Shown one piece after another: positions 10,390 through 19,287 of a stretch of DNA of 64,000 nt; within the stretch, counting starts at the first letter, position 1; every line of letters begins with the position of its first letter. This DNA is from Nitrospirota bacterium (GTDB lineage: Bacteria; Nitrospirota; Nitrospiria; Nitrospirales; Nitrospiraceae). Location of the stretch: contig SCVN01000018.1 in assembly GCA_004296885.1 (NCBI GenBank), positions 2,980 through 66,979 of the forward strand, in the 5' to 3' direction. Both the position numbers and the translations under genes were made by a program. The notes beneath the pieces were generated by a model. That model was not told where the DNA came from and made no database searches. It saw nothing but the letters and a program-made list of their open reading frames with translations.

Positions 10390-10911
10390 ATGTCCAAATC
10401 ATTTGCCGTCATCGGCGCCTTTGCCATGGCCCTGCTCGCCGGCGGGACCGCCCAAGCGGAAGAGAAGAAGCCAAGCCCGGCAGAGGGGTTCAATATCCAT
10501 GTCATGGCCCCGCATAAGTTCGAAGACGGGACCGTGCATGGCCCCTATCACCATTACTGCAAGGGGATCTCGCCCGAAGTCCTGCAATGTCTCCTGTTCG
10601 AATCCACCGATCCCAACGCCCTGCTCACCGACGTGGAGTATTTCATCGCCAAGCCGGTCTCCCGCGCCCACGTGCCGCTGAAGACCTGGAACAAGTACTA
10701 CCACGACCATGAAATCGAGATCGCCACGGGGCGCGTGCAAATCCTGGACATGCCCGAGGCTCAGGCCAAGGAAGTCGCGGCGGCGGCGGCTCAGACCGAC
10801 GGCATCATCTTCCACCTCTGGCCGGATGGAGCCAAGGCGCCGAACGGCGTGGTGGGTCACCCGCAATCCGTCGGGCACAAGCACCGGAAACCGGAAAAGA
10901 CGGACAAGTAA
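10390..10911 (+). CDS. Secreted DUF1264-like protein
   Basis: Signal peptide ending AQA. HGPYHHYC motif and overall length recall the DUF1264/OBAP family. RBS AGGAGG. Confidence 0.65.
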   Translation: MSKSFAVIGAFAMALLAGGTAQAEEKKPSPAEGFNIHVMAPHKFEDGTVHGPYHHYCKGISPEVLQCLLFESTDPNALLTDVEYFIAKPVSRAHVPLKTWNKYYHDHEIEIATGRVQILDMPEAQAKEVAAAAAQTDGIIFHLWPDGAKAPNGVVGHPQSVGHKHRKPEKTDK

Positions 10912-10931
10912 CCGACCGCCTGACGCTCCAG

Positions 10932-10961
10932 CCGGGAGGACGCCTTCGCGCATCCTCCCGG
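10932..10961 (+). terminator. Hairpin after the DUF1264 gene (terminator-like, no clear U-tract)
   Basis: 9-bp stem CCGGGAGGA / TCCTCCCGG with a 12-nt loop. Confidence 0.3.
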
Positions 10962-11000
10962 CGGAAGGCAGGCCTTTCCTCGAAAGGAGCCCGCGAAGCG

Positions 11001-11441
11001 GTGAATCGTTCCCGGTTCCTCCTCCTTGCCAGCGTCGTCCTGCTCCAAGGACTCGATCCGAGCTGGGGCGCAGACCGTGAGGTTCTGCGCCCCCGTGTCC
11101 CCGCGGACCAGCTTGCAGCCGCCCGTTCCGTCACGAATCCCCTGCCGGCCACGCCCGAGATGATCGAGCAGGGCAAGACCCTGTTCAACGGCAAGGCCTT
11201 CTGCCGGGCCTGTCACGGGGCCGACGGCAAGGGCCTCGGTGCCGATCTCCAACTCAAAGGCCCGCTCCCGAGAAACTTCACCGACAAGGCCTGGCAAAAT
11301 GCCCGCTCGGACGGAGAACTCATCTGGATTCTCAAGAACGGCAGCCCGGGCACGGACATGGCGCCGTTTATTCCCCTGGTCCTGATGGAAGAGGAGGCCT
11401 GGCAGGTGCTGCTCTATGTCAGGTCCTTCGGCCAGCCCTGA
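11001..11441 (+). CDS. Class I c-type cytochrome (monoheme)
   Basis: GTG start, signal peptide and CRACHGADGKG. Paralogous to the cytochrome at 21462 (shared VPADQL...NPLP...GELIW/FW.IKNGS/HGS). Confidence 0.85.
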   Translation: MNRSRFLLLASVVLLQGLDPSWGADREVLRPRVPADQLAAARSVTNPLPATPEMIEQGKTLFNGKAFCRACHGADGKGLGADLQLKGPLPRNFTDKAWQNARSDGELIWILKNGSPGTDMAPFIPLVLMEEEAWQVLLYVRSFGQP

Positions 11442-12462
11442 CGGTGTGGGGACCGGGGGGACAGGATGGCGGCGGGCCTGCCTCGTCGCCTGTGCGGTCA
11501 CTGCCCTCTTCGCGTCCCACGCAGAGGCGGCCGAATCCGGATGGTCCGCAGTCGCCGAAGCCAAGACCTCCTACACCACCGATGTGTTTCAGTTCTCCTC
11601 CGCCCGCCGGTTGGCCCTGGGCGAAGATCCGAGCCAGCCGACGATCGTACCGCTCGACAAACCGTCGGATGTGATCGTCGAGCCCTCCGTCGAGGCGAAG
11701 CGGTCGTTGGAGACAAGTTGGGGCCGGACGGAACTGTCCGCCAAGGCCCATGGCTTTCTCTACACCGAGCACTCCATCTTCAATCACGCCGAGTATCGGC
11801 TTCAGGCCAAGCAGGAGCTGGACCGCGACACCTCCCTGTTGCTTCGGTATCGGTACGTCCCGAACTTGTTCCTCGGGCCGAACTTCTCGGCCCAGACCTC
11901 GCCCCGCTCGCTGCAGGAAGAACGGGTCACCTCGAACGGGTGGCGGGCCGAACTTGAGCGGAAGCTGACGGAGGCCTGGACGGTCGCCCTGATCGGCCGT
12001 TACGGGTTGCGGCTCTACAATCAAGCCTTTGCCGAACGGGACACGACCTTCTACACCGGCGGGGGACAGGTCGGCTATCTCGCCGCGCCCTGGGCCAGGT
12101 TGACGCTGGCCTACCTCTATGAACGGGGTTTGGCCGACGGGCGCGGGAACCTGCAACTCAAGGACGATGTGTCCTACATCCAGCAGTTCATCTCCTTCAA
12201 GACGGAGTTCCGCCTGGCCGATCCGCTGTCGTTGGATCTCGACTATGTTTTTCGGCTCACGGACTTCACCAGCACAATCATCGGCGATAGCCACCGCCAT
12301 CGGCAGGACGTGACGAACCAGGGGCGGGCGGAACTGCGTTATGCGGCGACCAAGGCCCTGGCTCTGTCCTTGAGCATCCAGCAGACGCAGCGGACCTCTA
12401 CCGCAAGCGCGTCCGGCTTCAACGACACCATCACCTCGATCGGCGCCCAATACACATTCTAG
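11416..12462 (+). CDS. Outer-membrane beta-barrel protein (unassigned family)
   Basis: Signal peptide ...ASHAEA, alternating beta-strand pattern, C-terminal ...GAQYTF. Confidence 0.6.
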   Translation: MSGPSASPDGVGTGGTGWRRACLVACAVTALFASHAEAAESGWSAVAEAKTSYTTDVFQFSSARRLALGEDPSQPTIVPLDKPSDVIVEPSVEAKRSLETSWGRTELSAKAHGFLYTEHSIFNHAEYRLQAKQELDRDTSLLLRYRYVPNLFLGPNFSAQTSPRSLQEERVTSNGWRAELERKLTEAWTVALIGRYGLRLYNQAFAERDTTFYTGGGQVGYLAAPWARLTLAYLYERGLADGRGNLQLKDDVSYIQQFISFKTEFRLADPLSLDLDYVFRLTDFTSTIIGDSHRHRQDVTNQGRAELRYAATKALALSLSIQQTQRTSTASASGFNDTITSIGAQYTF

Positions 12463-12678
12463 CCAACTGACGGGGCCGAGACCGGCGGTAGGATGCCGAA
12501 ACTCCACTGTGGCATCTTGCGCCAGGATCGGTTGAATCCTTGCTGCCTTTCTCTGCATCTCACCCAATAACGACAACGGGCCTGCCTCAACCATAGGAGA
12601 AAAGAGGTCTTTTCGCGCCTCGCCCGGGCATCATTCTGGCATTGATTCACTGTCACCGCCGAACAGGGAGGTACCGGC

Positions 12679-13083
12679 ATGAGTCTCACGGTCACGTTCA
12701 AAGGCGGAACCAAATTTACCGTCGGCAGCGGGAAGCACCGGGTCGTCACCGATCAACCGATTGAGGACGGCGGAACCGACGAAGGCATGAGTCCGGTGGA
12801 ACTGTTCATCGGCTCGCTGGCCAGCTGTGTCGGCTATTTCGTGACCCGGTACTGTGCGCGGCACGGCATCCCCTCTGAAGGTTTCACCATCGAGACGGAT
12901 TGGTCCATGGCCGAGCAGCCTCATCGGGTCGGGTCTGTGGAGATGTCATTGCACCTGCCGACAGCCCTCACCCAGGCCCAGCAAGAACGGCTGCTCAAGG
13001 TCGCCCACGGCTGCACGGTCCACCAGTCGCTGGCGGTCCCGCCCAACGTTGCGATTACCTTGCTCACGGCGGATCAGTCATGA
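12679..13083 (+). CDS. OsmC/Ohr-family protein
   Basis: 134 aa with EGMSPVELFIGSLASCVGYF and C-terminal HGCTVHQSL, both typical of OsmC. Confidence 0.85.
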   Translation: MSLTVTFKGGTKFTVGSGKHRVVTDQPIEDGGTDEGMSPVELFIGSLASCVGYFVTRYCARHGIPSEGFTIETDWSMAEQPHRVGSVEMSLHLPTALTQAQQERLLKVAHGCTVHQSLAVPPNVAITLLTADQS

Positions 13084-14285
13084 CGAACCACGAGGGCCCG
13101 GGCATCACGAGACGCAGATTGCTCGCCGGGGCGGCGGGGGGACTGGCCCTGGCCTTGACGGGAGGCCGCCTCTGGTCTCCGGCGGAGGAGGCGGCAGCAG
13201 AAACCGGCGACCAGCCGGCCGCTCAACCGCTGATCACACATGTGGCCCGTCCCCTCGATGCAGAAACTCCGTCCCAGGTCTTCACCCAGTATCTGACGCC
13301 GAACGACCAGTTCTTCATCCGCAGCCACTTCGGCCCCCCGGCTCCGGCATTGGTGGCCCCAGCCTCCTGGCGGTTGAGCGTCGCCGGATTGGTGGAGCGG
13401 CCGCTCAGCCTGAGCCTGGATGATCTCTCTAAATTCGAAGAGGTCAGCATGACGGCGGTGGTACAGTGCAGCGGGAATGGACGAGCGTTTCACCGCCCCA
13501 AGGCGCCCGGCGTGCAGTGGGAAACAGGCGCGGTGGGCAATGCCCGCTGGACCGGCATCCGCCTGCGCGACGTGTTGCAACGAGCCGGGCTCAAGGCCCG
13601 GGCGCAACACCTCCAATTACAAGGCGCCGACCGGCCGGTGGTCGCCTCCGTCCCGCTCTTCGTGCGCAGCATTCCCCTCAAGAAGGCGCTCCATCCCGAC
13701 ACGATCCTGGCCACTCGGATGAACGGAGCCCCCTTGCCGCTGCTGCACGGGGCGCCTCTACGCTTGATCACGCCAGGATGGATGGCGGATTCCTGCGTGA
13801 AATGGCTGACGGACCTGACCCTGCAGGCAGAGGAGGCCAGGGGCTACTACATGGAAACGGCCTATCGGTATCCCAGCCGTCCCGTCAAGCCCGGGGAGGT
13901 CCTCGCGCCTGAGGACCTGAAACCGGTGGAAGCCATGGTGGTCAAGTCATTGATCGCTTTTCCGAAACAGGGAGCCACCCTCTCCAGCAGCGCCGTAATG
14001 GTCCAGGGGGTGGCCTGGACCGGCGAGGGTCATATCGAGAAGGTCGAAGTCTCGACTGACGAAGGCAAGACCTGGGAGCAAGCCAGACTCGTCGGCGAGG
14101 ACGTCCCCTATGCTTGGCGTCAGTGGCAGTTCCTCTGGCGTACGAAGGGATCGGGCCAGCGGACGATTTTGTCTCGCGCCTCGGACGATCGCGGGCAAGT
14201 CCAGCCGATGTCGAGTCCCTGGAATCCAGGCGGCTTCCTCTGGAACGGCGTCGATCGGGTGCAGGTGCAGGTCACGGAGGCATGA
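13080..14285 (+). CDS. Sulfite-oxidase-family molybdopterin oxidoreductase (SorA-like), Tat-exported
   Basis: Twin-arginine signal ITRRRLLAGAAGGLALAL and a Mo-ligand Cys context VVQCSGNGRAF, plus a C-terminal dimerisation domain. ATGA overlap with the osmC-like gene. Confidence 0.85.
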   Translation: MTNHEGPGITRRRLLAGAAGGLALALTGGRLWSPAEEAAAETGDQPAAQPLITHVARPLDAETPSQVFTQYLTPNDQFFIRSHFGPPAPALVAPASWRLSVAGLVERPLSLSLDDLSKFEEVSMTAVVQCSGNGRAFHRPKAPGVQWETGAVGNARWTGIRLRDVLQRAGLKARAQHLQLQGADRPVVASVPLFVRSIPLKKALHPDTILATRMNGAPLPLLHGAPLRLITPGWMADSCVKWLTDLTLQAEEARGYYMETAYRYPSRPVKPGEVLAPEDLKPVEAMVVKSLIAFPKQGATLSSSAVMVQGVAWTGEGHIEKVEVSTDEGKTWEQARLVGEDVPYAWRQWQFLWRTKGSGQRTILSRASDDRGQVQPMSSPWNPGGFLWNGVDRVQVQVTEA

Positions 14286-14917
14286 GCGTGCATGTTCGAC
14301 CCCAGAAGCCGTTTCTTTCGAGGCTCATGACGCTCATCCTGGTCATGGTGGGCATGATGGGATTGCCCTCCTTCACAATGGGACAGGCCGAAGAGCCGAC
14401 CACCGATCAGCAGGCGCAACGGCTGCTGGCTTCCCGCTGTTCCGTCTGTCACAGCCAGGATCTGGTCCAGCAGCAGAGGCTCCCGCGCGATCGTTGGGAG
14501 GCTACTGTCACCAAGATGGTCCATTGGGGAGCCCAACTGGACAAGGAAGAAGAAGCGATGCTGACAACCTATCTCGCGACCTATTTCCATCCGGAGGCGG
14601 GGCCGGTCGTGGCATTGCCTGCCGCCCCATCAATCCAAGCCGACCAAGCCGGCCGGGAATCCGGCGCCGCGCCGACGCCCGGCGGGGCCGCGGCCAGGGG
14701 CGCATCACTCTACAAGCAGAACTGTCTCCCCTGCCACGGGGAAGCGGGAAACGGCGGTGTGGGACCCAAGCTGGCGCGCAATCCCATCCTGACCCAGGCA
14801 GACCGATTCCGGACGACGGTCAGCCAGGGACGCGGCGCCATGCCGCCCTGGGGCGCCGTGCTGCGGCCCCAAGAGATCACGGACATTCTTGCCTGGTTGA
14901 ATACGCTTCACGACTAG
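14282..14917 (+). CDS. Diheme c-type cytochrome (SorB-like partner)
   Basis: CSVCHS and CLPCHGEAGNG motifs and a signal/TM segment. ATGA overlap with the Mo-enzyme gene. Confidence 0.8.
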   Translation: MSVHVRPQKPFLSRLMTLILVMVGMMGLPSFTMGQAEEPTTDQQAQRLLASRCSVCHSQDLVQQQRLPRDRWEATVTKMVHWGAQLDKEEEAMLTTYLATYFHPEAGPVVALPAAPSIQADQAGRESGAAPTPGGAAARGASLYKQNCLPCHGEAGNGGVGPKLARNPILTQADRFRTTVSQGRGAMPPWGAVLRPQEITDILAWLNTLHD

Positions 14918-14951
14918 CGACCGTACACGCGTTATTGTGGGAGGGGAAAAG

Positions 14952-16364
14952 ATGAAGATCAGAAGAGCCGTAGCCCTGAGCCTGGTGCTGTTCGTGGGCG
15001 TCGCCTTGGGATTCTTCCCGAAACCGCTGTTCGGCGGCGATCAACAGCGGGCGAAGGACCTGGTGCAGAACACCTGCGCGCAGTGTCACCGTTTCGAGGG
15101 CCAACCCGAATCCCGCTTCAATCTGAAAGCTCCGGGTTTGATGTGGGCCGGCAGCAAGTACCAACGGCCCTGGTTGATCCGATGGCTGACCGGCAAGGAG
15201 GCGCCGCTCTATGCCAAGGGCTATCGCTGGGACCAGGACCAGAAGCCGGTCAAGCACATGACGGTCTCGCCGGCCGAGGCCGAAGCGATCGCGGACTACT
15301 TCGACCAACACAATAAAGACCAGCGGGTGAAAGTCGGCGCATTCGACCTGTCGAAGGTCTCCAAGTTTGAGGCCTCGTTCGGCGGGATGGCCTACAAGGC
15401 GCACGCCTGCCTCGGCTGTCACGTGATCGAAGAGAACGGGAAGATCATCGGCGGCCCGCAAAGCGCCTCGCTCGTCGCAGCCGGCCAGCGCTACAACCAG
15501 GATTGGCTCTTCCGCTTCGGGCAGAATCCGCAGGATTTCGTGCCCCACAGCGGGGAGTTTCTGGCAGACGCCACCGAGCCGCAGCTGCGCGCGGTGATCG
15601 GGTTCTTAATGGTGCAGGGCGTGAAGGACTTCAAGTACTACGAGCCCTGGACGAGTCCGGAGTTCGGGACGGCCAGCGTGGACCGTGGTAAGGTCATCTA
15701 CAAGGAATATTGTGCGCAATGTCACGGGGCGACCGGAAAAGGCGACGGCCCCGCCGCGTCAGGGTTGGAGCCGAAACCGGCGATCCACGCGAACATTCCC
15801 TTCGACAAGGTGCCGATCGACTATTTGTACAACGTGATCAATCACGGGGGCGCGGCGATGGGCAAGTCGCCGAACATGCCCTACTGGGGACTGACCATCG
15901 GGCAGCAGGGCGTGGCCGATGTGATGGCCTACCTGAAGGCGACCTTCAAGGGCGGGGCTGAGGTAGCTCAGGCTGCGCCAAGCGGCGGAAGCCCGTCCGG
16001 CGTCTGTCCGCAACCGCGGAAGACGGTGAAGGCACCGGAAGAGTTCCTGGGGAAAACCAACCCGCTGCCGGCCTCTGTGGGCACCATCAACGCGGGCAAG
16101 ACTCTGTTCCTCCAAACCGCGCAGCCGGTTGCCTGCGCGATGTGCCACGGCAACGAGGGGAACGGGCAGGGGTTCATGGGCGCGGCCCTGATCCCGCCGC
16201 CGCGCAACTTCACCTGCGGCAAGATGATGAAGGACCTTCCGGACGGACAGTTGTTCTGGATCATCAAGAACGGCTCGCCCGGCACGGGGATGATGTCCTT
16301 CGCCGGCCTGCCGGACGACCAAGTCTGGCAGTTGATCCATTACATTCGGTCTCTCGCAAAATGA
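14952..16364 (+). CDS. Tetraheme c-type cytochrome
   Basis: Four CXXCH motifs: CAQCH, CLGCH, CAQCH, CAMCH. Signal peptide present and RBS GGGAGGGG before ATG 14952. Confidence 0.85.
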   Translation: MKIRRAVALSLVLFVGVALGFFPKPLFGGDQQRAKDLVQNTCAQCHRFEGQPESRFNLKAPGLMWAGSKYQRPWLIRWLTGKEAPLYAKGYRWDQDQKPVKHMTVSPAEAEAIADYFDQHNKDQRVKVGAFDLSKVSKFEASFGGMAYKAHACLGCHVIEENGKIIGGPQSASLVAAGQRYNQDWLFRFGQNPQDFVPHSGEFLADATEPQLRAVIGFLMVQGVKDFKYYEPWTSPEFGTASVDRGKVIYKEYCAQCHGATGKGDGPAASGLEPKPAIHANIPFDKVPIDYLYNVINHGGAAMGKSPNMPYWGLTIGQQGVADVMAYLKATFKGGAEVAQAAPSGGSPSGVCPQPRKTVKAPEEFLGKTNPLPASVGTINAGKTLFLQTAQPVACAMCHGNEGNGQGFMGAALIPPPRNFTCGKMMKDLPDGQLFWIIKNGSPGTGMMSFAGLPDDQVWQLIHYIRSLAK

Positions 16365-16433
16365 GCCCTCAGCCTTCAGCGGTCAGCAAGGAGCTGATGG
16401 CTGAAAGCTGACAGCTTCCTCAAGGAGTCGATC

Positions 16434-16793
16434 ATGGCGACGTTTATCATTTCCGGCAGCCGGGGGACCGATGACCCCACAATGGCCACGCTGCCCTTCA
16501 TGGCGGCGAAAGTGGCGAAGGAACAGGGGCACGACGTCGTGTTATGGCTGTGGAACGAAGCGGTCACGCTCGGACGCAAGGGCACAGCCGACCATGTCAC
16601 AGGGGTCAATTTAACCCCGCTGAAGGACTTGCTCACCGCCGTGCAGGCGGCGAATATTCCCCTCTGGGTCTGCGGCGCCTGTGCCGTGGCGCGACAGATC
16701 AAGGAATCGGATCTCGTGGCCGGCGCGTCGATCAAGGGCATGCCGGATTACATCAAGGCCGTCGCCGAACGGGACCGGAACGTCACATTTTAA
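16434..16793 (+). CDS. DsrE/DsrF-like family protein
   Basis: 119 aa with the DsrE-type pattern MATFIISGSRGTDDP...VVLWLWNEAV...WVCGACAV. Confidence 0.7.
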   Translation: MATFIISGSRGTDDPTMATLPFMAAKVAKEQGHDVVLWLWNEAVTLGRKGTADHVTGVNLTPLKDLLTAVQAANIPLWVCGACAVARQIKESDLVAGASIKGMPDYIKAVAERDRNVTF

Positions 16794-16814
16794 GAGTTTA
16801 AGAGAGAGGCGACC

Positions 16815-16922
16815 ATGGCGCGCACGGTGGTCATGCGCGGGGGCATGGGGACGAGGATGGGACCGGGCGTGGGCGGCAGGCATGAAGGCGGCGGCGGCGA
16901 CCGATCGGACGCCTCGCCGTGA
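16815..16922 (+). CDS. Possible 35-aa Gly/Met/His-rich small protein
   Basis: Sequence MARTVVMRGGMGTRMGPGVGGRHEGGGGDRSDASP. RBS-like GAGAGG lies upstream and the stop overlaps the GTG start of the next gene (GTGA). Below the ORF-track size cutoff. Confidence 0.3.
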   Translation: MARTVVMRGGMGTRMGPGVGGRHEGGGGDRSDASP

Positions 16923-18127
16923 GGTCCGGCGCCGCGATGAGGACCATGGTAGCCCTGGTCCTCCTGCTGTCCCTCGTAGATACCGTTGCCAACGCCTTTG
17001 GCGCAGAGCCGCAGGAAGCCGACCTCGTCGTGTTCACGCGGGAGGGCTGTCCCTACTGCGACGCGGCGGCGCAATTCCTTGCCCGGCTCCAGCGCGAGCG
17101 CCCCGGACTTCGTCTGATCGTCAAGGATGTGGGGAAGGACCGGAGCGCGGGGCGGCAGCTTGAGGAACTGGCGGCGCAGAAGGGCGTCACCGCCTTGGGC
17201 GTTCCGGCCTTTTATCTCCGCGGGGAACTGCTCGTCGGCTATGGAGGTCCGGACAGCACCGGCGCGCAGATCATCGGCCTCTTGGATTGGCCTCGGCCTC
17301 GAACGGAACCGGTCCCGCTTGGCGCCTGCGCGCCGAAAGGTCCGGAGACGTGCGGGGCACCTGCGGTCACACCGACACTGGAGGCCGATTCGGTCCAGAC
17401 CGCCTGGTTCGGCCGCCTGAACGCAAGGGACATGGGACTCCCGGCGTTTACGCTGGCGCTCGGCTTGCTGGACGGGTTCAACCCCTGTGCGATGTGGGTT
17501 TTGGTGTTTTTGCTGTCCCTGCTCGTCAATCTCCGGGACCGCTGGAAGATGTTCATCATCGCCGGGACCTTCGTCGCGGTGAGCGGATTGGTGTACTTTG
17601 CGTTCATGGCGGCCTGGCTGAACGTGTTTGTCCTGGTCGGGTTGTCGCGGGCCTCGGAAGTCGTCCTCGGCGGGATTGCCGTCATGATCGGCGCGATCAA
17701 CGTCAAGGACTTTTGGGCATTCCGGCGCGGGATGACGCTCGGTATCCCCGAAGCCGCCAAGCCGGGGCTCTATGCGGGAATCCGGAAGGTCCTCTCCGCG
17801 GAGCGTCTTCCGGAGGCACTGGCAGCGGTGGCGCTGCTGGCCTGTCTCGTCAACGTCATCGAGCTCCTGTGCACCGCCGGCTTTCCGGCTATCTACACGC
17901 GTGTACTCACCCTGCGCCAGTTACCCTGGTGGGAATACTATGGCTATCTGGCCTTGTACAACGTGGCCTATGTGCTGGACGACAGCCTCATGGTCGCGAT
18001 CGCCGTCTTCACCTTGAGCCGCAGCAAGCTGCAGGAAAAAGCCGGCCGGTGGCTGAAGCTCGCGAGCGGCCTCGTGATGCTGGGGTTGGGGGCGGTGCTG
18101 GTCGTCGCCCCGCATCGGTTGGCCTGA
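16919..18127 (+). CDS. Periplasmic glutaredoxin/NrdH-like domain fused to a multi-TM DsbD/CcdA-like membrane domain
   Basis: Signal peptide, then CPYC in a thioredoxin fold (VVFTREGCPYCDAAAQFL). Membrane part carries GFNPCAMW and LLCTAGFP cysteines. The start may be ATG 16937. Confidence 0.75.
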   Translation: MRSGAAMRTMVALVLLLSLVDTVANAFGAEPQEADLVVFTREGCPYCDAAAQFLARLQRERPGLRLIVKDVGKDRSAGRQLEELAAQKGVTALGVPAFYLRGELLVGYGGPDSTGAQIIGLLDWPRPRTEPVPLGACAPKGPETCGAPAVTPTLEADSVQTAWFGRLNARDMGLPAFTLALGLLDGFNPCAMWVLVFLLSLLVNLRDRWKMFIIAGTFVAVSGLVYFAFMAAWLNVFVLVGLSRASEVVLGGIAVMIGAINVKDFWAFRRGMTLGIPEAAKPGLYAGIRKVLSAERLPEALAAVALLACLVNVIELLCTAGFPAIYTRVLTLRQLPWWEYYGYLALYNVAYVLDDSLMVAIAVFTLSRSKLQEKAGRWLKLASGLVMLGLGAVLVVAPHRLA

Positions 18128-18229
18128 GGACTGCCCCGGCGCAACGCCGTGATATCGCAGACACGAGCCCTCCTCTTCTTTGCTTTGCTTCCCTGCCCTG
18201 TCGCTTTCCGCCACAACCTCCTCCGCCAT

Positions 18230-18236
18230 CTGTAGC
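18230..18236 (+). promoter_or_regulatory. CTGTAGC upstream element
   Basis: Context CCGCCAT-CTGTAGCAGG resembles CCGCCACG-CTGTAGCAGG at 47709-47726. Centred 95 nt upstream of the GG at 18328. Confidence 0.45.
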
Positions 18237-18326
18237 AGGCCTCCTCCCTGCTCCTGGCCCTTTCCGAGACTCAGAATTAACCCATTGAGACACAAGCTAA
18301 ATTAGGCGATCGGTCGATGGCTCTTG

Positions 18327-18342
18327 TGGCATCGTGTTTGCT
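18327..18342 (+). promoter_or_regulatory. sigma-54-type -24/-12 promoter candidate upstream of the POR operon
   Basis: TGGCAT-CGTGT-TTGCT, a near-consensus match, 28 nt upstream of ATG 18370. Confidence 0.55.
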
Positions 18343-18369
18343 CACCTAATTTATGTAGAAAAGGACACG

Positions 18370-19287
18370 ATGAGAAGCATCCGCTTTCATGGCCGAGGGG
18401 GACAGGGGGCCAAGACCGCCAGTCGGATCGTCGGCACCGCCGCCTTCTTGGAAGGACTCACGGCGCAGGACTCACCGCTCTATGGCGCCGAACGTCGGGG
18501 TGCGCCTGTGTCGGCCTCTACCCGCATCGGTCGCGAGCCGATTCGGGAGCGCGGCCTGATCTTGCAGCCCGATCTGATCATCATCGCGGACGAGTCGTTG
18601 ATCGACGACTCCTCCGCGCGCGTGTTGGACGGCCTGTCCGAACGGACCGCCGTGTTCGTGAATACCGCGCTGGGATCGGAGCAGGCGCGGGATCGGTTCC
18701 GCATTCCCGGTCGCGTGACCGCGTTGGATCTGACCGATATGACCCTCCGGCAGTTCGGCAAACCGGTTGCGCTGAGTGCGCCGCTCGGCGCCGTCGCCTG
18801 CCGGTTGCTCGGACTGAAGGCCGAGAGCCTGCGGGCGGCGGTCGCCGGGGAGCTGGCCGATCTGGGGCTGCCCGAGGCAGTGATCGAGCGCAACCTCGCG
18901 CTGGCCGCCTCCTGCTACGAATCGGTGCCGCTGGTGCCAGTGGAGGAAACGGCCGGAGCGATGCCGGCCCCAGTCCCCCTCTGGACGCCTGTGTACGAAC
19001 CGCCGACGGTCGGCTCCGCTCGGATCAGCGCGAGTGCGAATTCGCCGCTGCACGAAACCGGCGGGTGGCGGACCTTCCGGCCGGTGCTGGTGCCCGACAA
19101 GTGCAACGGCTGCTGGCTCTGTTTCGTCTATTGCCCCGATGGCGTCATCTCCATGACGAAGGACGACTTGCCCCTCATCGATTACGACCATTGCAAGGGG
19201 TGTCAGATCTGTGTCCAGGAATGCCCGACCAAGGCGCTCGTGGCCGAGCGGGAACAGGAAGGAGCGGGGACATGGCGGGCGAAATGA
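18370..19287 (+). CDS. Pyruvate/2-oxoacid:ferredoxin oxidoreductase, fused gamma-delta subunit
   Basis: Gamma pattern IRFHGRGGQGAKTASRIVG. The C-terminal delta part has two 4Fe-4S motifs, CNGCWLCFVYCP and CKGCQICVQECP. Confidence 0.9.
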   Translation: MRSIRFHGRGGQGAKTASRIVGTAAFLEGLTAQDSPLYGAERRGAPVSASTRIGREPIRERGLILQPDLIIIADESLIDDSSARVLDGLSERTAVFVNTALGSEQARDRFRIPGRVTALDLTDMTLRQFGKPVALSAPLGAVACRLLGLKAESLRAAVAGELADLGLPEAVIERNLALAASCYESVPLVPVEETAGAMPAPVPLWTPVYEPPTVGSARISASANSPLHETGGWRTFRPVLVPDKCNGCWLCFVYCPDGVISMTKDDLPLIDYDHCKGCQICVQECPTKALVAEREQEGAGTWRAK

